64,000 nucleotides of DNA from Gnetum montanum. Taxonomy: Eukaryota; Plantae; Gnetophyta. Positions 11,192 to 24,090 of the stretch are shown piece after piece. The translations under genes and the position numbers were made by a program. Under the pieces are notes generated by a model. The model worked only from the letters and a program-made list of their open reading frames with translations. It had not been told where the DNA came from and made no database searches. Numbering within the stretch: position 1 is the first letter of the stretch; each line of letters starts with the position of its first letter. The stretch lies in NCBI GenBank assembly GCA_015680685.1, contig MNCI01002616.1, positions 254,378-318,377 on the forward strand. The letters run 5' to 3'.

Positions 11192-14100
11192 TTAGGCATA
11201 GTAGGGCTTCAAGTATCAGTGGTTGACCAGATTGGCAAACTCATTACTGTCTAGATTAACAAGCTTGAATGCTCCATTTTCATAAGCCTTTGTGACCAAG
11301 AAACACCCTTTCTAGCTGGCTGAGAATTTTTCCATGGGTTTGAGAATGACCTTGAGGACCAAGCCCCCTTTCTTAATCAAGCACTGATGCTACTTGTAAC
11401 AGTGTTTTTCCCATTGCTTTTCCTGGTATCATTCAATGCAATCAAGTATCTGCATGCACTCCTCCTCTATAGAGTTAAGGTCAATAGCTCTCAATTCATT
11501 ACTCTATGCCTCATCAATGAAACTTGAGAAGATCACACATAGTGATGGAACCTACAATTCGAGAGGCAACATTTCTTGAGACCCATAGACAAGGCTATAT
11601 GGCATCTTACCTATTGTTGTTTTGCATGTTATATGGTAGGCCCATAATGTGTAGACTAGCTGCTCATGCCATCGTTGTTTGCTACTATCAAGCATCTTCT
11701 TCAAAAGGTTGATAATGACTTTGTTTATGGCCTCAACTTGGCCATTTTCCTATAGGTAGTATGATGATGAAAAATAATGTTTGATACCAAAGTATTCATA
11801 GAAGGCTTTGGTTTCTACACTACTAAATTGTGGCCCGTTGTCTATGACTATAGTCATGGGTAGACCAAATCGGGTCACTATGTTATCAAGGATAAATTTG
11901 CAAACCTGTTGTAACATCATCTTCCTAAGGGGAATTTCTTCAACCCACTTGGTAAAGCATTTGGTTGTGGTTATGATGAAGCTATGTCCTATGGAAGACT
12001 TAGGCATGATAGGTCCTATGATATCCAACCCCCAACATTGAAACGACCATGTGATCTGAGTAGTATGCATCTTAATGGATGGAACATGCATTAAGTTTCC
12101 ATGTCATTGATACACGTTGTACATATTGACTTTGGAGATGTAGTTGTGTTCCATGTAAGGCCAATAGTAGCCTAAGCATATGATTTTTAATGAGATTTCC
12201 CTAGGTGCTATGTGGCCTTCACATAGTCCTTTGTGAACTTGATCAATGATCATTTATGCTTCATCATTGCTAATGAAAGTTAATAGTATGCCATTGTAGT
12301 ATTTGTGACATAGTGTGCTATCACCTATGAGGACATACTACTACAATCATTTTTGCATTACATCCTTTTGGGTAGTGGTCAGATGTTGCAGAGGCTCACC
12401 TTGTTGAAGGTACATCTTAATGTCATTGTACCATTCTTATGTGTGAGCAATGCTTATTATGGCTATGGATGCAATGTTAGTTACATGCATGATAGGTTTG
12501 GTACAATCCATTATTGAGGCTAGAAAGCATGAAACATGTTGGGTGCAATGCTTAAGGCTAATGTGGCTAATGCGTTAGCAATGGCATTCTCATTGCAGGG
12601 GATGTGTTGGATATCTACAATTGCAAACCATCAAAGAAAGTGCCCTGTCAAGTCACAATAAGGCTATAAAAATTGTGATTTACAAGAATAAACCTTTGTG
12701 ACTTGGTTTATGACTAGCTACAAATTACCTTAGATTGCTAGGTTTTAGATTCCAAGGTCACGGGTTGCTATGAGACCTCTAAGAAGACCTTTGTACTCCA
12801 CCGTGTTGTTAGTTCAAGTAAATGTAAAATGATAAGTGAAGTATTGGATCTCCCCAGAGGGAAACATGATTATTATAGTGGCACTACCCCCTTTAGAGGT
12901 TGAACCATCATCAAAGTGTAAAGTTACCTCAAAATTGGTAGGCACTTAGCTTATACTACTAATATGCTCATCTAGAAATTCTGGATCTATAGTTGCTTGA
13001 TCATTTATCGATGAAGCCATGAGTTGTGCGGCTATTGCTTGACCTTTGGTTGATGCTTGTGCTATGTAATGCAAGTCAAACTCCATGGTTATTTCTTTCC
13101 ACTGTGCAATTCAACTATTCTCGTAGATTTTCATTGTATAGCCTAGAGTACATTGCTTTGGTAGATGATGTTTACCTAGCTACAGAAGAGAGAATGTCTT
13201 CACTTCTTAAGTGAAAAGACTAAGACAAGGTAATTCATTTTCACATCATTATATTTTACTTCATGTGCCACTAGTGCATGGCTTAAGTAGTAGACAAGGA
13301 TCTCTAAGCCATCACCTTACCTTTAGCAAAGTAAAGAAGCAATGGATGTGTTGGAGGTTGCAAGGTAGATGTAAAATGGCTTCTCTCCTTGCGAAGGGTA
13401 GACTGTTGGAAGTTGAACCAACTCCTTTTTGAGGTTGTTAAATGCCTCCTGGCATTGAGCTATCCACTCAAAGTGGACCCCCTTTATGATACTACAAAGC
13501 CCAATATCTAATCGGTCATAACATCAAAGACACACTTCTTGGGATTTAACCTAAGGTTATGTCTAAGGCAACATTTGAGTACATAGTGCAAGTCACCTAT
13601 GTGGTTATGCACCATTTTATACTTGACTACTATGTCATCAATGTAGTCATTGAGCAAGTCTAGTAAGTAATCACTAAAGATAATCATCATTGTGCATTGG
13701 TAGGTTTCTCTTGCATTCTTTAATCCAAAAGGCATCATTGTGTAGAAAAACATACCACAAGGGGTCATAAAGGTTGTGCTAAGATGATGCTCCAAGTTGA
13801 TCTAAATCTGGTTGTACCTTGAGAACCCATCCATAAAGGATAACAAGGCATGACTAGTCGTAGTATCAATGAGTTGGTCAATATTAGGCAACGAGAAGTC
13901 TTCTTTGATAGGTACCTTGTTTAGGTCCCAAAAATCTATGCAAATATGTATACTTCTATTTTTCATAGGTACAACCATGATGTTGGAGATCCAGTCTACA
14001 TAGTCAATTTCCTAGATGAAACTAGCCTTGTAAATCTTGGTGATTTCATCGTGAACTACCAACATCACCTTAGGTTTAACCTTACGGGCTTTTTGCTTAA

Positions 14101-14530
14101 TTGGTTTTATGTGAGGATCAAGGATTATGTTATGTTGCACCATATGAGGTTCTAGTCCTAGCATGTCTTTGTACGACCATGCAAACACCTTAATATTATT
14201 ATTGAGGACTTTGGTGATGTTGTGGGTGTGCTGAGGCTCTAATAGGGAACTAAGTTTTAGTGTCTTTTCCTTGCCATTAAGTGCTATTACAGGGACTTTC
14301 ACAAGGGGATCTTCCATTACTTTAGCTACCTCTAGATCTAGAGCTTTGACTAGATGGTTTGGCCAATCTAGTGATACTTCTAGGGATGCTACATGTTCAT
14401 TATAGGCTATAGGCTCAAGGTCTAGGCATTCAAGGCTAATGCATTATGTGGAATCACCATAAGACCCAGTCAGGTCCAAGGGTGAATGAAGACACTCATA
14501 TGTGCTCATGTTACAATTCTACCAAGAATC
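11192..14530 (-). pseudogene. pol: A pol: RT - RNase H - archaeal-type RNase H - integrase
   Basis: VFAWSYKDMLG, YTMMPFGLKNA, DYIDDIVVK, LRLNPKKCVF; aRH HFDDGS..TNNTVEYKGL; INT WGLDIIGP..FTKWVE..IVTRFGLP..DNGPQF; ends LKPYYA*. Confidence 0.95.
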
Positions 14531-16679
14531 CTACAAAACAAAGTCAAACTGTACCCATCTCAAATGAACTCAAATTGCATAAAATAAAGAAAGTAATGTA
14601 ATGAAAATCCACCTAATTATGCAATGTAGGGTTAGGGAGGCAAGTATGCGAGTTGATTTCTAGCCTTGGCAAGCCATGGATTCCTAGTTTAAGGTCATAG
14701 TAGATCATGGATTGCATGAGATGCATTGGCTTAGGTAAGGTAGGGAAGTTTTGAAACATGGGATTAAGCTAGGTATTTGTTAGGAAATTAGAAATTTGGG
14801 AGCACTAGAAAAGTTGGAAAATTTTTCTAACTCTAGTTGCTACACTCACCCTATGTTACACATGGGACATGGGATGCTGCCTAGGGTAGGTGATGCATTA
14901 ATTATCCTAGGAGGGTATAAATGTGTATTTTCATCATGGTTAAACTATCATTTTCAAAAGTAAAAATTAGAAGTCACTAGGTGTAGCATGATCAGAGCCA
15001 GGAGAGTCAAAGCATAGTAGCAGAAGTGTATAACAGAGCATAGCCACCAACCATGATGCACTGAAGTGACTGCCAACACCCCAACCTTGCCAATGTGGAC
15101 AAGGGGGAGTGCATGTTGAGACATCTCCCCAAGGCATGCATTAAGAAGTAGAGGGAGCCATTGTTAGTTAGGTATAGTGCTATGCTCCACTGTTGTGTTT
15201 TCTTTTCTTTCTTCATTTGGTCATTTCCTTCATTTGCAAGGGGCTAGGATTTTGGGGTGACCTAGCTTGGGCAAGGACCACCACTAGCATCGTGGTTGCC
15301 ATGGTGGCCATGACACACAATGCAAGGGGGAAAGAGGAATGTAGTTTTCTGGGCATAGCCAGGGCAACTACAACCTAGGGTGAGGGAGGAATAAGGGGAC
15401 AATGGTGGATTTAGGGTAGCGTGTTTGGTGTAGGTAAGTGTAGGGAAGGGACACATGGGGTAGAGGTGAGACAAGGACAAGGTATTGTAGGAGGCAGGGA
15501 TATGTGGATAAGCTACAAGGTAAGGTACATGAAAAGGCATGGTAGGGTTGGGTGGTGCAAGGCATTGAAGGATGATGGAGTGGGTAGGATGACTATGAGG
15601 GTGGTGGTTGTGTTATGCCCAGTACATGTTATGTACGACTTCTCTCTTCTTTGTTTTGTGCCTAGATTTTCATGTCTTAGTGCTACACTCCAATGAGGAG
15701 TTAGAAAAATTTTCTAAAATTTTCTGTTTGGAGGTTATGCTCTACAGTTAAAATGTTTTTATTTTATTTTTTTAAGGGTTGAAGAGTGTAATTAGCAAAG
15801 TTAGAAAATTTTTAGGTGAATCCTACATGGGTTACACTCTCAAAGAGTGTACCCAAGAGTTAGGATTTTTTTAGATATCCATGGGCTATGCTACCCAAAG
15901 TTTCCAAGTATGAAAATACAATGTTGAACACAAAAAATGATAAGTGAAAAAATGCTACATGTGGGAAAAACTACAAAGTGTACCAAGTCAAAATGTCTAA
16001 ACTTGTAAATTGAACATGCCAATTTCTAAACATGAAAATCAAGTGAATGTAAAACATGCAAATGTGAAATGGGAATTTTAGTGTTATTCCCCATTGAGCA
16101 CCAGGTGTGTCAATTAGATGTATTGATGTTCCATGCCCATGGGGCTCATAGGGGAGACTAAGGGTTGTTAAGTCATGATATTTTATGTTAACTTTTGCTA
16201 ATGTCCTAAGTGTAACTTTAATGCATTTTTTTGTGTGCATCAAATGCTGTTGTGATTACAGCGTATTGTTGAAATCCATCCTCATCGTGTTGGAGTTGGT
16301 AAGCATCCTCTATTGTATGAGTGAGCACTTGCCAAACACACCTACCCTAGACATGCACATGGGTTACTAAGTGGTGTTGTTCAAATTAGAAGAACACGAG
16401 TTCCTAAAATTCTTACTCCGACACATCAATGTGATAATGTGATCACACTTGGCAACAAAAGTGGCAGGTGTCATAATAGAGACATTATTTCCTGGGGCAA
16501 ATTGAGGCATTCTAAGATTCATGTCCAATGAGCCCACTACTAGTGATGGAGTAGGGAGTTCAAGCCAAGGCCCCAGGGGCATTAGGCCCTTATCCAAGAT
16601 CTAGCATATGCCAAATTTTTAGTGTTATAGTAAGAGAAACACCCTGTTTGTTGCTTGACGCATGCTTACTCTATTTCAG

Positions 16680-19600
16680 AACCCACCTGGGATAGTGTAT
16701 TGTGCTGGAGGTTGAGTCCTTCTATGATTCTGAAAATATCTGTTTGGTTATAACTCATATGAGGATGTTAACCGCTTACCCCTGTTGCTAGATTTACCAT
16801 TGATAAGCTTGACCTTCATGATGAGGAGGGAGCTTTCAACCTAACTCGCACTATCCTGTAGGAATTCTCATCCTTTGAGAATGTTTGTGTGATGGTGATT
16901 GGATAGATTGGGTTTGACTTAGTATAATACCCTCATTGGTACCCTAAGGCCTATGAGAGGTGTTAGACCTATGGTTGGTTAGATGCTAAGTGGGTAGCTT
17001 GTGTACCCAGTGTGGAGGAGGTCTCGACCCCACCACTTCCATCATGCACACCAGTTGTGTTGCATAAGTAGTTCATTATTTTTCTCTTATGCATTTGCTA
17101 CTTCACTTTTCTCATGATGGTAATTTTTCTTTTTCCTATTGCAACTACAGTCACTTTGGGAGAGGTTATAGTGGTTGCTATAGGTTACACTAAGGCCACC
17201 CTCATAATGAAGTATGGTGATGTTGAGGGTGCACAACATTGGTTGTGCCATTAGGCCCTAGTAGAGTTGACTAGTAGTCTTTAACGGGCTACGCTAATGG
17301 ACCTTTTCTTGGCCCTTAGCTTGGGCATCCCGATGGACAAAATGGTCACAATTATTAACTACTTTAGTAAGATTGCTAATCATTTTCTTACGCAGGCTCA
17401 TGATGTGTAGGTGATCTTGGACCTTACAAATGATTTCTTTGCGAATCTCTTCAACCTTCCCTCTGAGGGCCTATTGGTTATTGAGAAAACCAACAAAGAC
17501 CATAGGTAAGACATTAAGGAGTGGCTAGGGGCTCCGAAATCCCACAAAGGCATATTCATCAAGGATGTGAAAGTGCCTATGGTCCACAAGGTCTACCCCC
17601 TCTTTCATGCCCATGCATTCCCAAAGCTACTCTCCTAGGGAAATATTCTTAGGATGGAGTAGGCTTGGGTGATGAGGGACGTGTTAGAGAAAGTTATAAG
17701 GTACAATTGGGCTTCCTACCTTGCCAATAGCTTATGCATTGAGATCATCAAGCTATACCACAACCTCTAGGCAAGGTCACATGTGCACTTCACATTCTTT
17801 ACAGGATGCCTATGAAGGTTTGTAGAGTTCTTGGTGGTTTGAGAGGATGGGAAATTGGTGGAGCAAGACTGTAGATAGCTCTCTAGGCCATTTATCAGAC
17901 ATATGTTTACTACCACATGGTCACAGGACCCACCAGAGCTGATTGGTGAGTCATTTTCTAAAATGACTAGAGGTAACCTAGGGCAATCTCACTACTCATG
18001 TGATAGTGTAGGTGAAGCCCCACTAGCTAACACTAGGAACATGGCCAAAGGGACATGCCTCATTACTAAGGAAATAGGATCATCCAAGTAAAAGATTAAA
18101 AAGCCACATCATATAGAGGATCCCATTCAAGAGGTGGAGAAAGAGAGCAGTAGAAAAATCTACTCAAGATTATGTGACTTACATTCAGGCATTGCAGGTA
18201 AGTATGAGTCCTTGGATGCATTTTTTTATTTTAAGTATTTATAAATTTTGCTACTTTTCTTTTTTATTTTTTGCACTATACTATACTATGCTAAGTTGCT
18301 ATGCTAATTGTTGACGATGCTAATGTTAACCTGTGTAAATCATTGAATGTAGGTAAGAGGGCTACCATAGTAGTAGTAGAGCTCATAGCAAATGATGTCA
18401 CTCCTCAAACTAAGGAGGGAAAAGCACTAGAGGATAAGGAAAAATAGGCTATAGAGGTCTTATGGCAATTAGAGGAGGAAGGGTTGCTATAGCTAGATGG
18501 GGGTGAGTTCGATAGCCTCTTTGATGGCATGTAAATGGGTGACCCNTTGTTGAGTAGAAGCTTTGCACTACTATCTGTTGTTGCTCTGTTTAGATCTTAC
18601 ATCTTTAGCTATTTGATAATTGTTAAATGTGTTCTTGTATTATAGCCATAGATGTGTCTGCCAATGGTCTAGTTTCTACTTCTACCTTTCGCATGGAGCC
18701 ATGGGAAGAAGCACCTAACAAGTTTATCTTTCTGAAAGGCTTGGTTGAAGACATGGTGGATCGCATACAGTAGATGGATCTTGAGATTGGTGTGTCCATG
18801 TTTTCTTACTTTGCCTTACCAATTTGCTGCTTAGTTTGTGCTTGATGTGTTTTTGCCTATTGTAAACCAATAGAAGCTTCATTGGGACCTAAGTAGGGTG
18901 GCCAGAGTTGATGTTTTCCCCAAGTTTCCCCCTGAAGTGGAGCAAGTACCCCATCATGTGTATGATGAGGTGAGTAAGTGCACACTTTCATGTGCAAAAG
19001 TGTTATGGATATGTAGACATATGGATAAGCATTTCTGCAAGCGAGTGCTTGAGCTTTAGGATAGGGGAGTGAGCCAAGACACCAGATTAGAGGACTTGTA
19101 GGCCTGCTATGATTTCCTAGTAGCTCGAGACCAAGGGGACAGCACCTGGCAAACAAATGAGATTAACTATGCCAGGTACTAGTCAACAATTCATGGTAAG
19201 AATGAGGCTACTTGAGAGGTGATTGAGTAGCAGCTATAGATGGACTTGTTGGCTAGGAAGAATCAAGTCTGGAAGGACTATAATGCTAAGGTATACCAAT
19301 GGGATCAAAGAAAGAAAAAACATAAATACCAATACAAGAAAAAGTGAGAGGGATACCTTAAAGGGTACAAGGAGAAGTCTATGAAGCACTATTGTTGCAA
19401 TATGTTCCTTGATGTAACTGGCACAACACAAGCTTATGAATTGTTTACTAGTCATGTAGTGGTGAGTGGGACTCCTAAGAGATAGATCACTATGCCTTTA
19501 GGAGAGGTTTCCTCCACCATGTTTCCATCAGAGCTACCTGCATGGACCACCATGGACAAAGGCAAGACCCTTGTGGGCATTGACTTTGGCCAAGAGGACT

Positions 19601-19900
19601 GGACATAGCTATTGGAGGTAGAGATCCTCCAATTCTTAGAGGCGGGCCTTTGTAGAATGCCTCTAGATATCGATGTGGGCCCCTATTAGGTTACTTTAGT
19701 TTGGATTATTTTATGCATTATGATAACTTTGCATGCCATGCATTTATTAGCTAATTTATTATTTTGCATTGCTTTAAGTAGGTTTTGGGTGATGGTGTAG
19801 GCCTCAATGGAGTAGTGCAGGAAGAGGAAGAGGAGCCCCAACCCCCACCAAACACTACTGGCTAAGAAGCCCATGATCTTGCCCTGTTGTTGGGCAATTT
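16680..19900 (+). pseudogene. Antisense multi-exon extra gene of A, inside the protease-RT spacer
   Basis: Long stop-interrupted frame from ~17200: LFNLPSEG..EWLG..VYPLFHAHAFPKLLS*G..YNWASYL..RFVEFLVV*EDGKLVEQD. GT-AG intron at 18198-18352 and donor at 18790. Homologous to the copies in E and C. Confidence 0.8.
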
Positions 19901-20074
19901 TGTGATTTTGGCCATTTCTTTGATGTACAGTCATGCTAGATATTTGATTGATAGATTAATGGAAATGAGGTCATGATTTATGTTTATCTCTTCTACTACA
20001 TGAATTGCATGTTTGCTAAGTGTTGAACATTAGTATGTAGTTGGTTGATGTGCTTAGGCCCCTTATGGGCCCCA

Positions 20075-20396
20075 TGCCAATTTGAAGCTAGGGAAAAAGG
20101 GCTATTGCTAGTTTTAGGCCATTTCAAGCCATGGAAATTGCTAGTTTAAGGCCATCCCAAGCCACACATAATAGAGAATATGATACTAGTTTTAGGCCAT
20201 TGTGGGCCATGTGTTAGTTTAGGCCTTCTCAAGCCATAACGCAAAAGAAGGTAAGATACCAATTTTAGGCCATGGATAGCCATATAAATTGCTAGTTTAA
20301 GGTCATTTTGGGCCATGTGATGGGATTTCTAATTTAAGGCCATTTTGAGCAATGATGATGCAAGGAAGGTTGCTAGTTTTAGGCCATGGTAGGTCA
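20075..20396 (-). repeat. Short-repeat array (~9 units, GCTAGTTTAAGGCCAT-N5-GCCAT on plus) between A gag-pro and the 3' end of the antisense gene
   Basis: Conserved ~26 bp core with variable-length linkers. Confidence 0.9.
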
Positions 20397-20639
20397 TTTT
20401 TTATGATTTTCTTTTTCTTTTTAATTTTTATTTTTGTGTTTTAGTGTTTTCTAATGCACAAAAGGGTTATGTAGAAATGCATAAACTAAAGAAATGGAAT
20501 AACTAATGTAAAATGCAAGTGACCATGTGAAACATAACTACATAAGAGAAAGTAGAAGGTAATCGAGAGATGTGGAAGTTAGGGGCAGGTAGGTGCCTAG
20601 TACATGATGAACTAAGGGGATGCCTTAATCATGTACTTA

Positions 20640-23600
20640 TTTCCTAACCCAAAATGGGTTAAGTGGTGCATAGGCCCTTGCCCTCAGAGGCACAAGGTAA
20701 TACTTTCCTAGACCTTCATTGGTGGTGTTGAAGTCAAATCTACCTAGAGAGCTTCCTCAGGGAGGTTGTCCACTTCATTTGATTTTTCAGATGGATCTAC
20801 CAGACAAGGCTGTCTTTCATCCTCAATAGGCAATGTGGCATTGGGGAATTATACCTTCAACCCTTGTTCTGTATTGACATTGTTGATGGTTAGGAAAGAT
20901 TCATTGTTGCCATGTATGATTACCTCTCAATCTTCATAGGGAAGGTGGATCTCTTAATGAATGGGTGAAGAGATGACCCATAACTAGGCTAGCCAAGGCC
21001 TCCCTAGGATCAAGTTAAACCTGAGTATCTCTTTGATGATGATAAACTCTACCATAGTGGGGAATTTCTACCCTATCACGAAAGTTATCGTGACCATTCC
21101 CCTCACGACAACGCATGACCCATTGAAAAATTTCAAACACATCGTCTTGGTTGCCTTAACTTGGTCAGTAAGACCAAGTTTGTCAATGATTTGGAATGGG
21201 ATAACATTGCTCATTTCTCCATCATCAATGTGCACCCTATGAATTCTGGATTGCCCTATGTGAATGGTTATGAACATTTGCGCACTGGTAACTTGATCCT
21301 TTTCAAGGTTAACCTTAACCACTTCATCATAAAACACCAAGGGTGTCGAACTTGATTCCTGAGGCATAGGATGCATCATAGCATGGATGGCTTGTTCATC
21401 TACTAAAATGTCCTCCTTGACAAGAATGGAGGTCACCATGTAGACTAATGCTTCATGGTAAGTAGAGGAGGTCATCACCAGGTCATACAGGCTTAGAGTT
21501 TTGTTCTTTTACTTTAGATCTTGCTTGACCTACACCAATGCATCTAGGAAGTCTTTACCACTATCTATTATTTTGTTAGCCTTTACCTTCTCCATGTGAC
21601 CCAAGAGATGGATCTCTTAGGGATGTGATTTAGGCTTTGCTTGTGTGGCTGGCTTTCGAGCCTCAGTGCTTGGTTGTTGGTTGCTTGCACTTGCAGTGGC
21701 ATCCTAAGACAATGAGGTCATGGGAATGGTAGATAAGGGGATGGGCTTTGATGAACCTAACTCCATACATTCCTTAATCATCTTGTTGGCAAGGCATTCA
21801 TTAGGCCTCTTATATTGTAACCTAGACTACCTATTGCTGGATGCGAGATGAGAATTTGGGTGGATTGGATTTGATGTCGTTCCCTCCACCAAATCCCAAG
21901 CAAGTGAGAAGTCCATACATCATGGCATTCTAATGATGAAGGGTCTCTTGGTTGTTGTTTCCATAACATGCTATTGGTATCTAGGGCACCCAAGGTGGTA
22001 CTCTAATGACAAAGGGGGATCTAAGACTGGTTGATGTCAAGGCGCTAGTGTTACCTAAGGGCACATGAACCACAAATGACTCTTGTGCTGGTTCCGCATT
22101 GTCATCAATGCAAATGGCATTGATGATGTAGCTTGTACCATTAGTAGTAAGAGGGTCTTTGTAGACCTTCATTGACTAGTTTTATAGATGCATGGGATTA
22201 CTATCATCAGTGGCTAGTTTTCCCTAATCAATCATACATTGTATGTCATCTCATAAGGACAACTAGTAATATGTATCATGGCCATGTAGTTGGTGGTTGT
22301 TGAAAAATTGATCCAACCTAAACCTTTTAGGAACTAGGGTCTCATTCAACATGGTTTTTAATGAGTCTCTAAGGATCTCATAGTACCACTCATGGCATTT
22401 TTAGGCATCCTCAAACATTTTCTTATGTTGGATGCACCTAGCACTAAGCAGCTAGCTCAAGAGCTTAAATGGCTTGATGGGAAGTGGTGTATACTTTGAG
22501 CGATCCTTGTGCTCAAATTTTGCCCTTGGGGTAGTTTACTTCATGGCCACTAATGGTGTGGACTAGTTTCTTGCAATAGTTTCAAATCCAGGTGCTTTGT
22601 TGTTTTTGGCTAGGGCCTTAGGCTCTTTGGTCGTTGATTTAGCATTATTTAACTTGGCCCCATTAGCCATTGCTACAACAGTTGTGGTTGTCTTTCCTTT
22701 TTTCTTTTCCTTCTTCATGTGTGCATTTTTGTAAGCCACATAGGTAGGGTCCTTGCTAGCCTCTGTCACATCTTGGATGCCCTTTTTTTGAGCAAAGGCT
22801 TGGCTCAGGTAGTGCAAGGCTAAGTAGTATAGCTTTGACTTCATAAAGTTATTTACTACACCTGTGTAATTGGCTAATAGGTGGGTCTCTGCTATAGGCT
22901 TGCATATTTCATTGAGTGTAGCATCCCAATGTTGAATGAACTTTTGCATGGGCTCCAAATAACCCTATTTAATATCCATTAGTTGGTCTAGGGTTGCTTT
23001 AGGCTTCAAGTTGTACTTGAAGTGAGTCACAAATTGACTAAGAAAATCCTCCAAAGAAGATATGGAGGCCCTGGGAAGATATGGAGGCCCTTACCAGTTA
23101 GGGACATGGCAAAGACATGGATAATCATGTGTGGCCATGTTTGCTAAAGAAGGCATTCAGAGTAAAAGGTTACCAGGTGGGCATTAGGGTCCCCCTCACC
23201 ATTATAGTTGATGAAGTGGGAAAGTTTGACCCCAAGGAGCAAGGTCAATGATGGGACTACAAAACTAATAGGGTTATCCTAGTAAAATTCCATCACATGG
23301 ACCATTTTAGAGTTAGCAGCTTTGAGCTACTTGACTTCTTCAGTAAGCATTTGAATAAGCTAGAATGCTTACTCCAAGCTCAGGGTGGATGTGATAAGCC
23401 ATGTCAATTATGCTACCTGCTATGTCACTTGAGTGGCCCATGACCCTATTGTAGGCTATGCAACCACATGGGATGATTGCTGCGGATATTACTGCATATG
23501 TTGCTACTATGCCAATGGCATAGAGGGTGGTGTCCACCATGTGGTTATGGTATGCACCAACATAGGCAATGCCAATGAGATGGGTGGAATGTATGGCATA

Positions 23601-24090
23601 TGGCTTGTGTATGGCTAAGACACCTACACCATGTGCACATAAGGTTGTGTTGGCATCATGGAGGTTAGCATGGAGGATTGCATGGATTGTGCCAAGATTA
23701 CAAAGGGCATGGTGGAAGATGGTCCTATGCCCTAGTGTATGTGTGGGACTTGGTGGCTTGCCCCATGAGCATGAACCTAGGAGGCAAAGGTGATGCCACT
23801 TCATCGATGAAGGTAGATGACTAAGACCATAGTGGAATGAAACTAGAGGTGGGCTGCTGAAAGGAGGTGTAGAAGGGATTCTCATTCTCTGAATGAGTCT
23901 CAAATTCATCTTGCCCATCTTGTAAGGGCTCTTCATAGTCTATTTCTATGTCATGCTCACTTGGCCCACTCATTCACATGAGTTGATCAAGGAGCCATTG
24001 AAAGGTATCGATAAGAAAAATAAAGTCATTGGGTGTAGGAAGGTATTTCCTCCCATTTCAGTGTATGATCTCAAAACTACATTTCACATT
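20640..24090 (-). pseudogene. gag: A gag-protease
   Basis: NYNGEGDPNAHL, PRASISSLEDFLSQFVTHFKYN, His-rich knuckle HQLHGHDTY, protease RIHRVHIDDG..NVIP and FNLILGRPWL. Confidence 0.85.

Noticed and set aside
16680-19900. Antisense gene as a host gene or an independent nested transposon
   Set aside because: It has the same position, orientation and flanking arrays in three diverged elements and no visible termini or TSD, so it is part of the element.
23340-23936. Longest ORF in the track (198 aa)
   Set aside because: It lies in the low-complexity Pro/Met-rich gag N-terminal region and looks like an off-frame reading, not an independent gene.
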